Shown here: positions 40,480 to 53,214 of the stretch, one piece after another
How the letters are laid out: the number at the start of each line of letters is the position of its first letter
How positions within the stretch are numbered: the first letter of the stretch is position 1
From: the human T2T-CHM13v2.0 reference genome, Homo sapiens
Direction: 5' to 3' (one strand)
DNA: 64,000 bases
Assembly (NCBI RefSeq): GCF_009914755.1
Contig: NC_060936.1
Made by a program: the position numbers and the translations under genes
Notes under the pieces: model-generated
What the model saw: only the letters and a program-made list of their open reading frames with translations
Told to the model about the DNA's origin: nothing
Databases searched by the model: none

Positions 40480-40905
40480 CCAGCAGCAGCGCGGCGCTGG
40501 GCAGGCAGCAGAGCCGGGCGTTTCCGCCCCTGCCCAGGGGTCGCAGTTGCGCACGGCGGTGCAGGCTGGGAGCGCTGGCCCGGCGCCCATGCTGGCGAGG
40601 CCCCCACCCTCCCAGCAGTCTGACTCTTGCTGGCGCCGGGCCGGCCACGCTGTCGCCTCCCCGCCGCGGAGTTCTGCTTCCTGTTTTCCAAGCCTAAGTG
40701 CTTTTTAATTAGCCTTCATCACTTCCCCAATTTAACTACAACCATTACGGGCTCCTTGCCGACAGCACGCCCACCTGGCATCCCTGCACTACACCTTTGC
40801 GCGCACCGGGCCCAGCCGGCCCAGTCCCTCAAGCATCAGTAGACGGAAAATGCTCCTGAACGCCCCCGCGACTGCGTGGAGTCTGTGTGCATCTGTCCCG
40901 GCCTG
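40480..40905. promoter_or_regulatory. CpG island (orphan promoter or enhancer candidate)
   Basis: Non-repetitive, very GC-rich, dense CpG; GC box TCCGCCCC (~40523); ETS core CTTCCTG (~40677); AT-rich TAATTA core at ~40700-40745. Confidence 0.8.
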
Positions 40906-41436
40906 GTTCCTTTGTGCTTTAGGATGGCAGGTTCTCACAGGCAGAAGAAGCTTATTGTTTATTTGTATGGCAAAATTCGATTTTTTGCCAGGTCTCCTGG
41001 ATATTTCCAGCGCTGTTTATAAAGAGGGAGGGAGAGCTTGGAGGTGGATACCTGTATGCAGTTGATTTTTAAACTCACATCATGCAGGGATTTGGGAAGG
41101 GGATGATTTTTGCACTTCTTTCATTTATTATTTAATTAATTATCTGTTTATTTTTGTTTTTTTGTAATTACAAAATGTGTAATTTATTTAAGAACTAAAT
41201 TTTTTTTTTTTTTTTTTACTGGAGGAAGAGAATCAAAGCACGGGCAGTTTACATAGAGACCCATCATAATCCCAGAGGCTTTCCACCTAGGAATGTTTCT
41301 CCTGGCCTCCTCACCCTGCTGCCTCCCATCTGCTCCATGGGGCCATCCACCCACCCTCTAACATCCAACAGAACCCCAGAAATGCAACAGATGAGCCCTG
41401 AAGAGGAAAGGCCTCTGTTAATTTTTATTGAGCCTT

Positions 41437-41449
41437 GTCAGTTGAAAAG

Positions 41450-41495
<46 letters not shown>

Positions 41496-41950
41496 ACCAA
41501 GAAGTCCTTAACAGTCCCTTCAGCTCTACTCAACTTTAGACAGATTTCCTCCTGACTATAGCCCCTGACTTCCCTTTCCTTGGAGCATTTACTTTAGAAA
41601 ATTTGCAATTATAAATTCTTTCTCTGCCCCTTAGAGATGTAAATCTTCTCCCAGCCTCCTGCCAGTTTCACAACCCAGGAATGCCTTTCTCAAGGACCTG
41701 GGAGTCATCCTTTTGAAACACAATCATCAAGAAAGGACAGAGCTCCTATCTCTCAGTCTCTGTGGGAGCATGGGAGCCTAACTTGATAAGCAACTATTTG
41801 CAGACACAATGTGATGACCTAATCACATTGACAATTCCCCCATCCCCAATGTCCACCAATACTTTTCTGCTAGCTCACTCTGTGTTTAAAAACTCTCCTA
41901 CCTTTTGTTTCAGAAAAATTGAGTTCAGTCTCTCTCCCCTATTCGCAAAC
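41437..41950 (+). mobile_element. MER67-like ERV1 LTR with (CA)n near its start
   Basis: 'aactttagacag...gagcatttactttagaaaatttgcaatt...gagatgtaaatcttctcccagcctc...ctcaaggacctggg'; (CA)~20 at 41452-41492. Confidence 0.7.
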
Positions 41951-41984
41951 ACCTGAAAACATACAGCTCCTAAAAGAGATCGTA

Positions 41985-42572
41985 AGGGAAAAGCCCCTTG
42001 ACACTGACTTCAGCAATAATTGTTTTTTTAAATATATAACTCCAAAAGTTCAAAAAAGGTTACAAAAGCAAAAATAAATAAATGGTGCTACATCAGATTA
42101 GAAAGCTGAACAGTAAAGAAGACAATCAACGGAATGAAATGGCAACCTACAGATTGGGATAAATGTTTGCAAACCATATATCTGATAAGGAGTTAATATC
42201 CAAAATTTATGAAGAACTCATACAACTCAATAGCACAAAAACAAATAACCCAATTTTTTAAATGGGCAACGGACCTGAATACATATTTCACCAAAGAAGA
42301 CATTGAAGTGGCCAAAAAGTATATGAAAGGTGCTCAATATAATTAATCATCTGGGAAATGTAAATCAAAGCCGCTATGAGATATCACCTCACACCTTCTC
42401 AGATGGCTATTATCAAAAAGTCAAGAGATAACAAATATTGGAGAAGGTATGAAAAAAGGGCGGGGGGACTCTTGTACACTGTTGGTGATAATGTAGATTG
42501 ATGCAGCCATTGTGGAAAACAGTATGGAGGTTCCTAAAGAAATTAAAAATAGAATTTCCATATGACCCAGCA
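41985..42572 (+). mobile_element. L1MA/MB ORF2-end fragment
   Basis: 'gcaacctacagattggga...gcaaaccatatatctgataagg...cagtatggaggttcctaaag...ccatatgacccagca'. Confidence 0.8.
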
Positions 42573-42870
<298 letters not shown>

Positions 42871-42884
42871 TTTATAAAATAAAG

Positions 42885-43029
42885 AGATAATTAACTCTTT
42901 AAAGGTCATAGGGGTGGGGCCCTAATCCAACAGGACTGGTGACTATAAGAAGGAGAAGAGACACCGGATCTCTTCTCTCTCCTCTCCCTTCTCCTCTTCT
43001 CCCCTCTCCTTCCCTCTCCTGCCTTCCAC

Positions 43030-43066
<37 letters not shown>

Positions 43067-43160
43067 AAGCATAGAAAAAAGGCCACATGAAGACAAAATG
43101 AGAAGGGGCTGTCTACAAGCCAGGAAGAGAGGCCAAAAATTGAATTTCCCAACACTTTGA
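42885..43160 (+). mobile_element. MLT1A/B LTR fragment with (CT)n tract
   Basis: 'ggtggggccctaatccaacaggactgg...ataagaaggagaagagacacc...gtctacaagccaggaagaga'; (CT)n at ~43033-43062. Confidence 0.75.
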
Positions 43161-43619
43161 GTAGTAACATGGCAAATTACTGAAAGTTTCAGCTGGTTAG
43201 GCAGAACTATTCAAAGAAGTATGTGTCTCAGCACCAACTGGAACTATCCCAAGCTTCTATATGGGAAATTTCTAATAGATTGATGTTTTGAAAGGGCATG
43301 TACCAAAGATAGAATGAAGGGCAAGTGAGTAGCATCGGTAAGATTAGGACAGGAAAGTTAAATAGCACCGTGAGCTAAAGCTTAGGAGAAAATGCTAAGA
43401 CAACACGAAGGCTAACCATGCTCAATAAATCAATGAAAATGGAAGGAATGAGCCCACTTCTTGAGAAAAACTGTGTAATAGTAATATATGAATAAGAAAC
43501 AAGAGTCCTTAACAGCCCCTGTCTTCACCAAAAAGAAAGACATTCAGATTAGGAAAAGAACAAATATGGTTAAGAGGAAATTGAACAGCTAAGTAAATTA
43601 CAATACTTCCATCTTTAAC

Positions 43620-43905
43620 ATATGAGGCAGCCACTAAAAATTATGTTTCTAAAGACTCTTTAATAACATAGAAAAAGGCATGGCATAAGATTAAGTGGGA
43701 GGGAAGCAGGATACAAAATTGAATCACAAATAATCTTGATTTATGAAAAAATAAAATCAGAGAGAAAGTACCAGATGGCTATCTACCAACACTGCTTGTC
43801 TCTCACTGGTAAGATTATGGGTATTTTTTGCCTTGATGTTACATTTTTATGAACTTTCAGGCAATGAATATTTGTTACTTTTATAATCAGAAAATGGAAG
43901 TAGAA
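43620..43905 (+). mobile_element. L1MC/ME 3' end
   Basis: 'ttaagtgggagggaagcaggatacaaaattg...ttacttttataatcagaaaa'. Confidence 0.6.
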
Positions 43906-45279
43906 AACTAAAATCAAAAATAGGAGTCCAAGGTACTTGAAGTATTGTGAGGCAGCTTTACACCAGTATTAAATGAGGCCAAGAGTCCAGACCCAGGAGC
44001 TGGCGATGAGGAAATCAGTATCAGTAACACCTAAGGACTCATAAACATTAAGTCAGAGACCAGAACACTCTCACTTTCAGAATAATGGGAATCTTAAACC
44101 CTTGGGCACTATATCTCAGGAAAACTCTTGATTTGATAGCTTTGAGAACCTGGAAAACGTGATAGAAAAGGAGCAGGCTTAGCTTTATTCTGCCCATCAC
44201 TCCCCAAAATGTGAGCTCTGTGTTGCTTGTGATGATGATGAACAAAACCTAGTAGAAACAAGATGCAGAGGCCCCCATAGCCTCCAGCACTGTGTTCCCT
44301 GGGGCCCAATGCAGTCTACTTGTAATTGATGGCATCTGGGAGTCAGGGCATAAGTTCTCTGTTTTTCCTGGAGCCCACTTTTCCTCCCAGATGTTGCCCC
44401 TCCCTGTCTTCACTGCACTCTGCATCTGCCCTCTCCTGGTCGTTTCTAGTCTTAACGATGGTCTAGTCAGTCCCTGCTCCTTCTGGCAGGTCCTTCCAGG
44501 CTCTCCCTGCTATAGCCTTCTTTGTCCGTGGGCCACTGACAGCCAGCCTTGACAACATCTGAGGATATTTTCCAGCGTGTGCTTCTCATAACTAGCCCTG
44601 CAAGACATTCCATGATAGCCCATGACCAAGGGGACTGATGGTTTAAGCCATGAGAAACTCCCTTTGGGAGATTCCTAATGCCCATTAGCATAGTAAAGGT
44701 TTTTGAAATGCCTACAATAAAGATGCTTGCTTAAATTTGGCCAAATTTAATAAACTTCTAAGACCTTTTTTTGAAAACATCCTGTTAAATCCAATAAATT
44801 TGTAATCTGAGAGCACACTTTGTTACCCTTGGAGGACACTGCTAATGTAGCTTCCTCCCCAATAACACGTTTGGCCTAGAAATAATCTGTAGCTCCTGTG
44901 CCTTTGTCTAATATCCTGATGTTGGAATTAGGACACCAAGGCCCCTTGACAGCATCAAGCTGCAGCTTCTGCATCAAACCACATGAGAAGTGTCTGACCT
45001 GCCCAAATGGAAGTGGACTCCACCTCACTGCAACCAACAGACTGAAGTCCTGATCCTTTCACTTTATTCCCTCTGACCCTTTCTTCTGAGCTTTGTTCTG
45101 CTTCTTATATCTCTCATGCTATCCACCAAAGACTACTCTGCATAAAATCTCAGACAACCAGCAGATATTACCAAAGAGGCAATTAATCAACCTATTATGC
45201 AGCCTTGCTCACAACCTATCTTTTCCAGGGTTTTTCTAGAAAGGATATTTACATCTTGATTGGTTTTTGTGATAATTAA

Positions 45280-45800
45280 CTCATAGCTCACTCACCACTT
45301 CTTTAGGAACACCTCCCTGACCAGATCGGAATCCCAGCTGTAGTCCCTTGCCCCCTCTTTGGCACCATAAACCACTCCATGAAGTACCTGTCACAGTTAC
45401 TGCTTCACATGTATTTGTATGAACATGTAATTAATGTCTGTCTCCCTCACTAATACTCATGCACAATAAAAACTGTATTCCACATACTACCACATCAAAT
45501 GTTTTACAAATTTTTCCACTTAATTCTCATAACAACCCAGTTAAGCAAGGAGGTGAGGAGTTGCAGTTATTATCCCCATTTTATAAATGAAAAAACTGGA
45601 GAATACTAGTTAAGGAACTTGACCAAGATTAATAGCTAATGAATGGCAGACTGGAATTTGAATCCACGCATTCCGATTCCAGAACACGTATGAGCCTCTA
45701 GGCCCTATTATCTGGCCACTAGACACTAAATTCCATGGGGGAATGGACCATATCTGATTTTGCTCACCACTGTATCTCAAGTGCTCAGCACATATAATCT
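45280..45800. mobile_element. L2 3' end (+) split by MIR (-)
   Basis: 'taatgtctgtctccctcact' | MIR 'tattatccccattttataaatgaaaaaactgga' | 'ttgctcaccactgtatctc'. Confidence 0.65.
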
Positions 45801-45830
45801 TTCATTATATTTTGGGGGGTTCTGCGTTTC

Positions 45831-45986
45831 TTTTTTTTTAAGAGATGGGGTCTCACTCTATCACCCAGGCTGGAGTGCAATGGCATGATCATAGCTCACT
45901 GCAGCCTCAAACTCCTGGGTTCAAGTAATCCTCCCACCTCAGCCTCCTAAGTAGCTGGGACTATAGGCACAAGCCATTACACCTGT
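45831..45986 (-). mobile_element. FRAM/AluJ right arm
   Basis: Single arm with T tail: 'gatcatagctcactgcagcctcaaactcctggg'. Confidence 0.85.
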
Positions 45987-46624
45987 ATATTTTTTAATGA
46001 ATAAATGAATGGATAGATAAATATAATTCAAGTATAAAATTCAAACATTTCAGAAATATACAATATAAAAAATAAAAATCATCCATAATCCTACCACCAC
46101 CCCGCCCAGGGAAAACAATTTTCAGCAGTTTTCTAACTGTTCCTTACAAAGCAAACCTTCACCAGGCAGTGTCATGAAGTACATTCGGTATGTGACTGAT
46201 TCCATGAACGTTGGGGACCTCATGAGGATAAGAAATATTCCACTCAGGACAATGCATTACATTGGTACGTTCTTCACTCACCTCTGCTGCCACCACACAA
46301 ATGCTTATGTGTGGCTTAATATGAACAGATGATGAATAAACAGATGTTTATCACCAAAGCAGTAAATAACATCATACACAATATCTGTGGTGAAAAAAAG
46401 GAACTATAGTCTCAATAAGAGTACAGTTATGTAGACTCAAATGGAACGAGTAACAAAACTCAGAAAGGATGCAATACATATTAAAACTGAAAAGGGATCC
46501 ACAGCAGCAGCCGCATGCTATCTCTGTTCCTGGCCTTCCCTACATTTCTAGTTACCATTTCAGTGAAAACAGAATGCACTGTCGTTTGGTCATTTCTGCA
46601 AATAACACAAAACAGAGAAATAGA

Positions 46625-46805
46625 TATTCTAGATGATAAAATCAGTTTTTAAAATTATTCCCACAGATGGAAATAATGAGTCAAAACCAACAAGATTAAA
46701 TTTAGCAGCATATAATATAAAGTCTGGATATAAGTTCTAAAACTCAATCATATAAATTTAGAATGGGGGCCCCATTTCCTTGTTAGCTTATAAGAAAAGC
46801 CTGGA
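46625..46805 (+). mobile_element. L3/CR1 RT fragment
   Basis: 'gatgataaaatcag...aaaaccaacaagattaaatttagcag...ataaagtc...agaatggggg' matches the CR1 'WAETNKMKFN.DKCKVLHLG...YRMG' region. Confidence 0.65.
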
Positions 46806-47499
46806 CACAGCCAAAGGATGATTAAGCAATCCACACTTAAGCAGCAGATATCAAAATCAGTTTCCAAACTTAGATGTGCAGGAAATGTCTATTTTCTATA
46901 ACTCGGTTCAACTTCTGACTTTGAGATCTAAATCTGCCAAGCAGGCAAAAAATATAATCTCAGTCATTCTCGAAAATTTTTCACCTCCCTAGAAAGTTTC
47001 AGGACTCTTATACAGTGGCAATGTCCAGGGGATAGGGTGGGCCCTTCTGTCCCAGGACATTTGTCTGCACAGCCTGTAAGGACCCAGGGCCCTACTGCTC
47101 CATGGCGCTCTTGGGCCATCCAGACCCTTGCCAAGGCCTGAGCTGTCTCTGCTTTCCATCTCCCCACCTCTGTTGCCATCAAGTAGGACTGGATCCCCAT
47201 TACTCAGGGACCCACAGGCCTCTTTCTCCACCTCTCTCCCATCCTCTGGCCTCCTTTTTGGCCTTGGGAAATTATACTCGCAGAAATACTTTCTTACTTT
47301 CTTTTTGTCTTTGGCAAATCCCCTGGACACTTACATAACTTCAGTAAACATTCCAAGTTCCAGTATGGGCTTAGGCTTCTGGAAACAAAGTCCAGAAGAC
47401 TATACATTGCTTCTGCTCTCCACCTGACATACATCTCTCTGGGGCAGCAAGGGAGTGCAGGCTACCTGCTTGAATTGGAGGAATGAAAAGGGAAGATAC

Positions 47500-47790
47500 A
47501 AAAAGAAACAAATCAATATCCGAAAATATGCAGCCATAAAGGTAATGGAACACTATTTTATGATATTAAAGGCAATTCTATGGAGTGGCAAAATTAGAAG
47601 AAAATGTGTACATGAAATAACGTTAAGTGAGAAAGAAGAATACATACATAAGAATGACTCCAATGTAGAAATATATAATTTTATAAGTATTGAAAGCTAA
47701 TTTGAAATGACATAAATTGATTTAATGTCCACTGTAATATTTTTATGTAAAACTAAGTGCATAATAACTTTGAGAGAATAAATCATACCA
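47500..47790 (+). mobile_element. L1ME/MC 3' end
   Basis: 'aaaatatgcagccataaa', 'gttaagtgagaaagaag', 'gcataataactttgagagaataaa'. Confidence 0.5.
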
Positions 47791-47894
47791 AAGAAATGTA
47801 AGACCAGTTAGAATCTTTTTAGCAATATTTAATTTTTATAAACTAATTGTGAGCTAGTAAAATGTTTAAGGAAAGTTAATGCAACTTAGAAGTG

Positions 47895-48360
47895 TGTGGC
47901 AGAAACTGCTAGCCATTTAATAAAATATATTCTTCCTCCATTGTAATTGAATTATAGCAAGTTACATGGCTGTCTAAGCAGACCACATTCCCCAGTGTCC
48001 CCTGTAGCAGGTGCAGTCATATGACTAAGTTATTGCCAATGGAACCAAACTGGAAGTGATGTGTGCTACTTCTGAGCCCACGGTGGGTCTGCTTTCTCCT
48101 TGCTGTCTTTTCCTACCTTTCTAGCTAGAACCCATCCATGGCTGCTATCAGCTTCAACTAAGATGATTCCAAGGCCCTAAAGGATGGCAGAACAGCACAC
48201 CAGAAGGCACCTGAATCCCAAAATGACCAAGTGGAGCAGCACTCCCCACCAGATTAGAACATTCACCTCTGACTACCACAGGAAAGAGAAATAAGCTGCT
48301 GTGTTCTTTAATTCAGTTTCTCTCTTGTTTCTACAACTTTAGCTTACCCAGATAAATACA
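47895..48360 (+). mobile_element. MLT1J solo LTR
   Basis: 'tgtggcagaaactgctagcc...catatgactaagtt...ggaagtgatgtgtgctacttc...ggatggcagaac...gagaaataa...aataca'. Confidence 0.75.
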
Positions 48361-50895
48361 GTGTGCATCACCAGAAGCCTTACATTCAGCCCTATTTAGC
48401 TGATTATATAACTGTACTTTTTCAGTGATTAACTCTGTTCCATTGATACCCTAAAGAAATAGGTTCCATTTTAAAAAGAGATATATAAAAAACAAAAGCA
48501 TAACCCAAAGGCAAAAACTAAGATGGACCTCTTCTTCTGGTGACAGAGGGAGAGACAGAGAAGAGGGTTGAAGCAAACATCTGTTTAAGTCCTATGGCAA
48601 GCACTTCACAGGGCATCTCACATATATTATGACATTCCACTCTGAGAGCTGCGGTTTAGCCTGGAGCAAGAGATCCATCTTCAAATATTTGAAAGGCCAT
48701 TCTAAGGGAAAAGAAATTCTCTTTCTTTTTTAGATTTTTGTATACTTTTTACCATGGGTAAATAGATTCTTACTGTAACACACTCTCAAAATATAGGAAG
48801 ACATGGAATAAACCATGGTAGTTGCTGTCAAGCCTCTTTCCTCTCTTCAACTCCCCTCCAGAGTTATCCGCATTATCATTTCCAAGTGTATTCATCCGTA
48901 GATTTATTACTTGCAGCTTCATAAAAAAGCCAAGCAGTTCACACACCATGACCTGCAGGAATCCTTCCTTGAGCTTCTGCCCTCAAAATTAGCTAAGGTA
49001 ACTTCTCTGGTACCATCATAGCATTAGTACCATTCCCTAGCCTTGTACTTAAACATGATACGCTATTTATTTAACTGTCTTGCCCATTTGGCTGTATGTT
49101 CTTTGAGGACAAGAAGCCTTTTATTTATTCAAATAACTGCACAGAGACTTCATAGTAAATTCAATAAATGTCAAACTGAATGAGGTGAAGTTAAAGGGAG
49201 GCAGATCTTGTTCAATGAACCCCAAGTGAAAGATTTGAGAAATCGCTGTTCAAAGTAGAACCAAATGCTTTGAATTAACTATCTTTTAAGTCAGAGAGTT
49301 TTAGAGAAAAGTTTTTCAGTCAAAGAGTTTCTTACATTCTAAGAGAATTTGGCTCATCCATGACCAATACCTCTTAACTCCAAAATTTAATCCCCTATAA
49401 ATCCTTGTTCCACTTAAAACACTTACTGTGTATTTCCGAGAGCTACAAGAGAGGATCCAACATCTAATATTTTCTCCTTCTTCAGTTAGGGCTCTTCTCT
49501 GCTATGATCCTCCCTGGGTCTTTCTTCAAGACTCTAAGAAGAGACTAGGAAACAGACCTCTTGTTAAGAAAAGAATAAAATGTCCAGACCCTATTTCTGT
49601 AAGTGGCTTAACCACAGTTCCCTCTCCTCTTCAACACAAGAGGGTGAGTATGTTTACCCAACAGAATTTTTTAAACAATATTCTTTTATATGTTAAAAAA
49701 GCATGCATTTATGTTTGCTGAATTCTTAAATGTTAGTAATTTTACTTCTCTAACAAGAATGTTTCACAATAAGCTGCACTTCCATAAAAACAATATTTAA
49801 ACTGAAGCATGGTCATTTTTCTTCCCTTATGGATAAAGAACCAGGTTACATTTAACTTAATGGAGTTATTTTCCTGTTTCCTCTACTCTTTTACTTACTT
49901 CTTCTTCTAGATCTATTATTTCCATTAAATTTTCATAATATCCCATTAACTCAATGAAAAGAATTTTGCATGGTATTAGGTTGGGAAGAAAGCATTTCCT
50001 TTCATTATTGTCATGAGAAATTTTTTTTTGCTAAAATACTTTTTCTTTTTCCTATGGACCTTCGGTTTGCTCTCTTTCAGGATTTTTATAATTATTCTAC
50101 TGTTATCATTTCCCCCTTAAGGACAAATTGAATTGCTTTGAGTTTATCTCCAACCTTTAGCATTATTTCAAATTATTGGATATCTAATTAGAGAATGTTC
50201 TTTCATAAATAACATTTCAAAACCATACCACTGAATGGTTGAACACCTGCTGTTACCTCCTCAATTTTTTTTCTCAGGTTCTTCTAAAACAGCTTTCACT
50301 GAACAGTGAACACTCTTGCTGTGTTGCAAAGATGAAAGCAAAATTCCATGTGTGAAGCCCAAATTGAAATCACAGAAGGCAGGATTCACACTGCTAATTG
50401 TTGCTTAGCAATAAAATGTGCAAAACCTGCTAATGGAACAGTGACACCAGGCACCAGAGGCATCTGTATCCACACTGGCAGTAAATTAGGGAATTAGAAA
50501 CTCTACAGTAACAGCAACAAAAGGAATTCCATCTCTTAGGAACCCAGGGAGGGTTTCTGCACTCATTCCTGCTTACTGCTCAGTTGAAAAGAAAGTCTCT
50601 TCATCCACTAGATACTGCTATTGTGACACTTGAAGACTGCAAGGAAATAGAAGCTCGGAGGTTCAGATTATTCTAAAAGTGTCCCTGACGGATTTGCACG
50701 TGCCTGCAAAAAATAGTATTTTTTTCCCCTGTTGAAAAGATTTGCAGTAAAGATAGACCTTCAAATGCCAGCTTGTACGTTTGCTAAGGCAGCAGAGTGG
50801 GACAAAAAGCTCTGTCACTGCCACCTCATCACAGGTGTTCTGTGGGTAGTAGTCAGCCTCCAGCATAGAGACCGTGTGTCAGGAACCAAAACAAA

Positions 50896-51056
50896 ATAGC
50901 CAGGTATAGTGGCACATGCCTGTAGTCCAAACTACTCAGGAGGGTAAGCAGGGAGGATCACTTGAGCCCAGAACTTCGAGGCTGCAGTAAGCCATGATCG
51001 CATCGCACCACTGCACTCCTGCCTGGGGGACAAAGCAAGACCCTGTCTCAAAAAAA
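50896..51056 (+). mobile_element. FRAM/AluJ right arm
   Basis: 'ggaggatcacttgagcccag...gaggctgcagtaagccatgatcgc...gcaagaccctgtctcaaaaaaa'. Confidence 0.85.
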
Positions 51057-51194
51057 CGCTATCAAGAGCTGCATACTGAAACAAATTCATTTATTTCGCA
51101 GTTATCTAGCCTGCCTTTAATGACAACCTGTTATTCCCTAAATTGGTGAATGAAAAAAATCCAGATGTTTAGCAACCCAACGGACACTTTGTAA

Positions 51195-51930
51195 ATGCTT
51201 TTTATTGAAGTATACCTAACACACTGTAAAGTCCACACATTTTATCAGTATTTCTCAATACATTTTTTCACTTACATAGTGTATACCCATGTAACCGACT
51301 ACATCGATCAAGACTTAGAAATTCCCAGCACTCTTGAATGTTCTTGCAAGCAATATTGCCCCCCAAATAACCATCATTTTAACATCTACCACAGCAGATT
51401 AGTTGTGCCTATTGTTGAACTTCATATACATAAGGTCACTGAGTATTTTACTGTTTAATGTCTAGCTTCTTTCACTCAACATTATGTCTGAGAGATTCAT
51501 CCATGTTGCAATTAGTATTTTTTATTGCAGTGTAGTATTCCATTGTGCAAATATCCACAATGGTTTATTTACCCATTCTCCTTTGATGGACATTTGGGGT
51601 TATTTTCCCATTTGAACTACTATGAATAAAGCTGCTATAAACATTCTTGTATATATCTTTTGGCAGACATAAGCAGACATTTCTGTTAGGCATCCACCCA
51701 GGAGTGGAACTGCTAAATAGGTAAATGTTTAGCTTTGGCACATACTGCCAAGTTTTCCAAGTAGTTGTGCCAAACTGCACACCTGCCAGAGATGGAGTTT
51801 CACATTCCCCACATACTTGCCAAGAATTTGGTATTGTTAGTCTTTTAATGTAGCTATACTGGTGAAGTATTGTGGTTTTAATTTGCATTTTTCTAATGAC
51901 TAGTGATACTGAACATCTTTTTTAATGTTT
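51195..51930 (-). mobile_element. L1ME/MD 3' end (antisense)
   Basis: 'ctttcactcaacattatgtctgagagattcatccatgttg', 'gaataaagctgctataaacattcttgta', 'tggttttaatttgcattt'. Confidence 0.8.
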
Positions 51931-52569
51931 AAGATGCTTTTGTTTACATTTTTTACAAGACTGAGAAAATCTTAATTATCCCTATCAAAGAGAAATATCA
52001 TTTCCATGTGGGTGGCAGGGAAGTGAAATTTCCCCTATCTAGCATGCTCTGAAAACCAGGGAGGAAATTGACACTAGATTCTGAAGAAGAGAGCAGTCTT
52101 CCTTGAGGAAAAGAGCCCTTTCCTTGGGCAAGTGGTTAATATGGCATTGGGCCTTCAGGGTGTGGGTGGAAGCTGGTGGAATGCTTATGAACACCTTTTT
52201 ATATGCTCATTGGCTATTTAAATATAGTCTTTTGTAATAACGCTCCAGCAGATATGTTTGAAAAGGGCTGCGGTTTCAAATGATCATGATGCAAGTCTGC
52301 TGATCTTGTGGGCCTCAGAGAGACTATGTCCTGATTAGCAAAGGATGCCAGAGCCATGACTTTTGTAAAAAGGGAAGCCTCAAGAATGAGCTGCATGTCA
52401 CTGGAGCTATTTTAGCAAAGACTAGACAGAAAGTAAATTAGTAGAAGAATGTAAATACCAGCTGCAAGATGAGACTAAATATACTTAAATGTCTCTTCCA
52501 ACACTGGTAAGTGCTACAGGGATTCAACTATTGCTCGATCAGTGAAAACTGGAAGGCAGAGGGTGGAAG

Positions 52570-52685
52570 TCAGGGCATGAACCTGTTAACTGTTGAGTAT
52601 CTATTGTGTGCCAAAGACAGTACTAAGCCTTTACATGCATTATTTCATTTAATTCTCACAACAATCATATACAGTAGATAGTATC
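52570..52685 (-). mobile_element. MIR (left part; resumes at ~55545-55660)
   Basis: 'ctttacatgcattatttcatttaattctcacaacaa', later 'actattatccttacttcacaggtgaaaaaa'. Confidence 0.7.
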
Positions 52686-53214
52686 TATATTAGTTATTTA
52701 TTGCTCCATAATAATATTACCACAAATTTAGCAACTTAAAACAACATACTTTATTATTTCATGGTTTTCTGGGTCAGAAGTCCAGCCATGGCTGAGCTAG
52801 GTCCTCTGCTAGGCTATAATCAAGGTGTGGGCCAGAACCGGGCTCTCATCTGAGGCACAACTGGGGAAGGATCAGCTTCCAAGCACATGACTGTTGGCAG
52901 CATTCAGTTTCTTGCAGGCTGCCAGACTGAGGGCCTCAGTCTCTTTTTGACTGTTGGCTACTTTCAGCTCCTGCCACGTGGCCCTTTCCATGAGGCAGCT
53001 CATAACCTGGCAGCTTGCTTCTTCAAAGCATAAGGAAGAGGATTTCCTATCAAAACAGAAGTTACAATCATATGTAACACAATCATGTAAATGCAATCAT
53101 GTATATTCTGTTACCTTTGCCATATTCTGTTGGTTAGGAGCAAGTTGCAAGTCCTGCCCATGTTCAAAGGGAGGGAAAGACACATCAGAGCAGGGATCAT
53201 GGGAGCCACTTTAA
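52686..53214 (-). mobile_element. MLT1F LTR
   Basis: 'tattagttatttattgc...aatttagcaacttaaaacaaca...ggcagcattcagtttcttgc...tttgccatattctgttggttagga'. Confidence 0.8.

Noticed and set aside
40214-40708. 164-aa ORF and overlapping ORFs across the AluJ and CpG island
   Set aside because: N-terminus is an Alu translation ('[11 protein letters not shown]'); the rest is open because GC-rich DNA has few stops; no recognisable domain.
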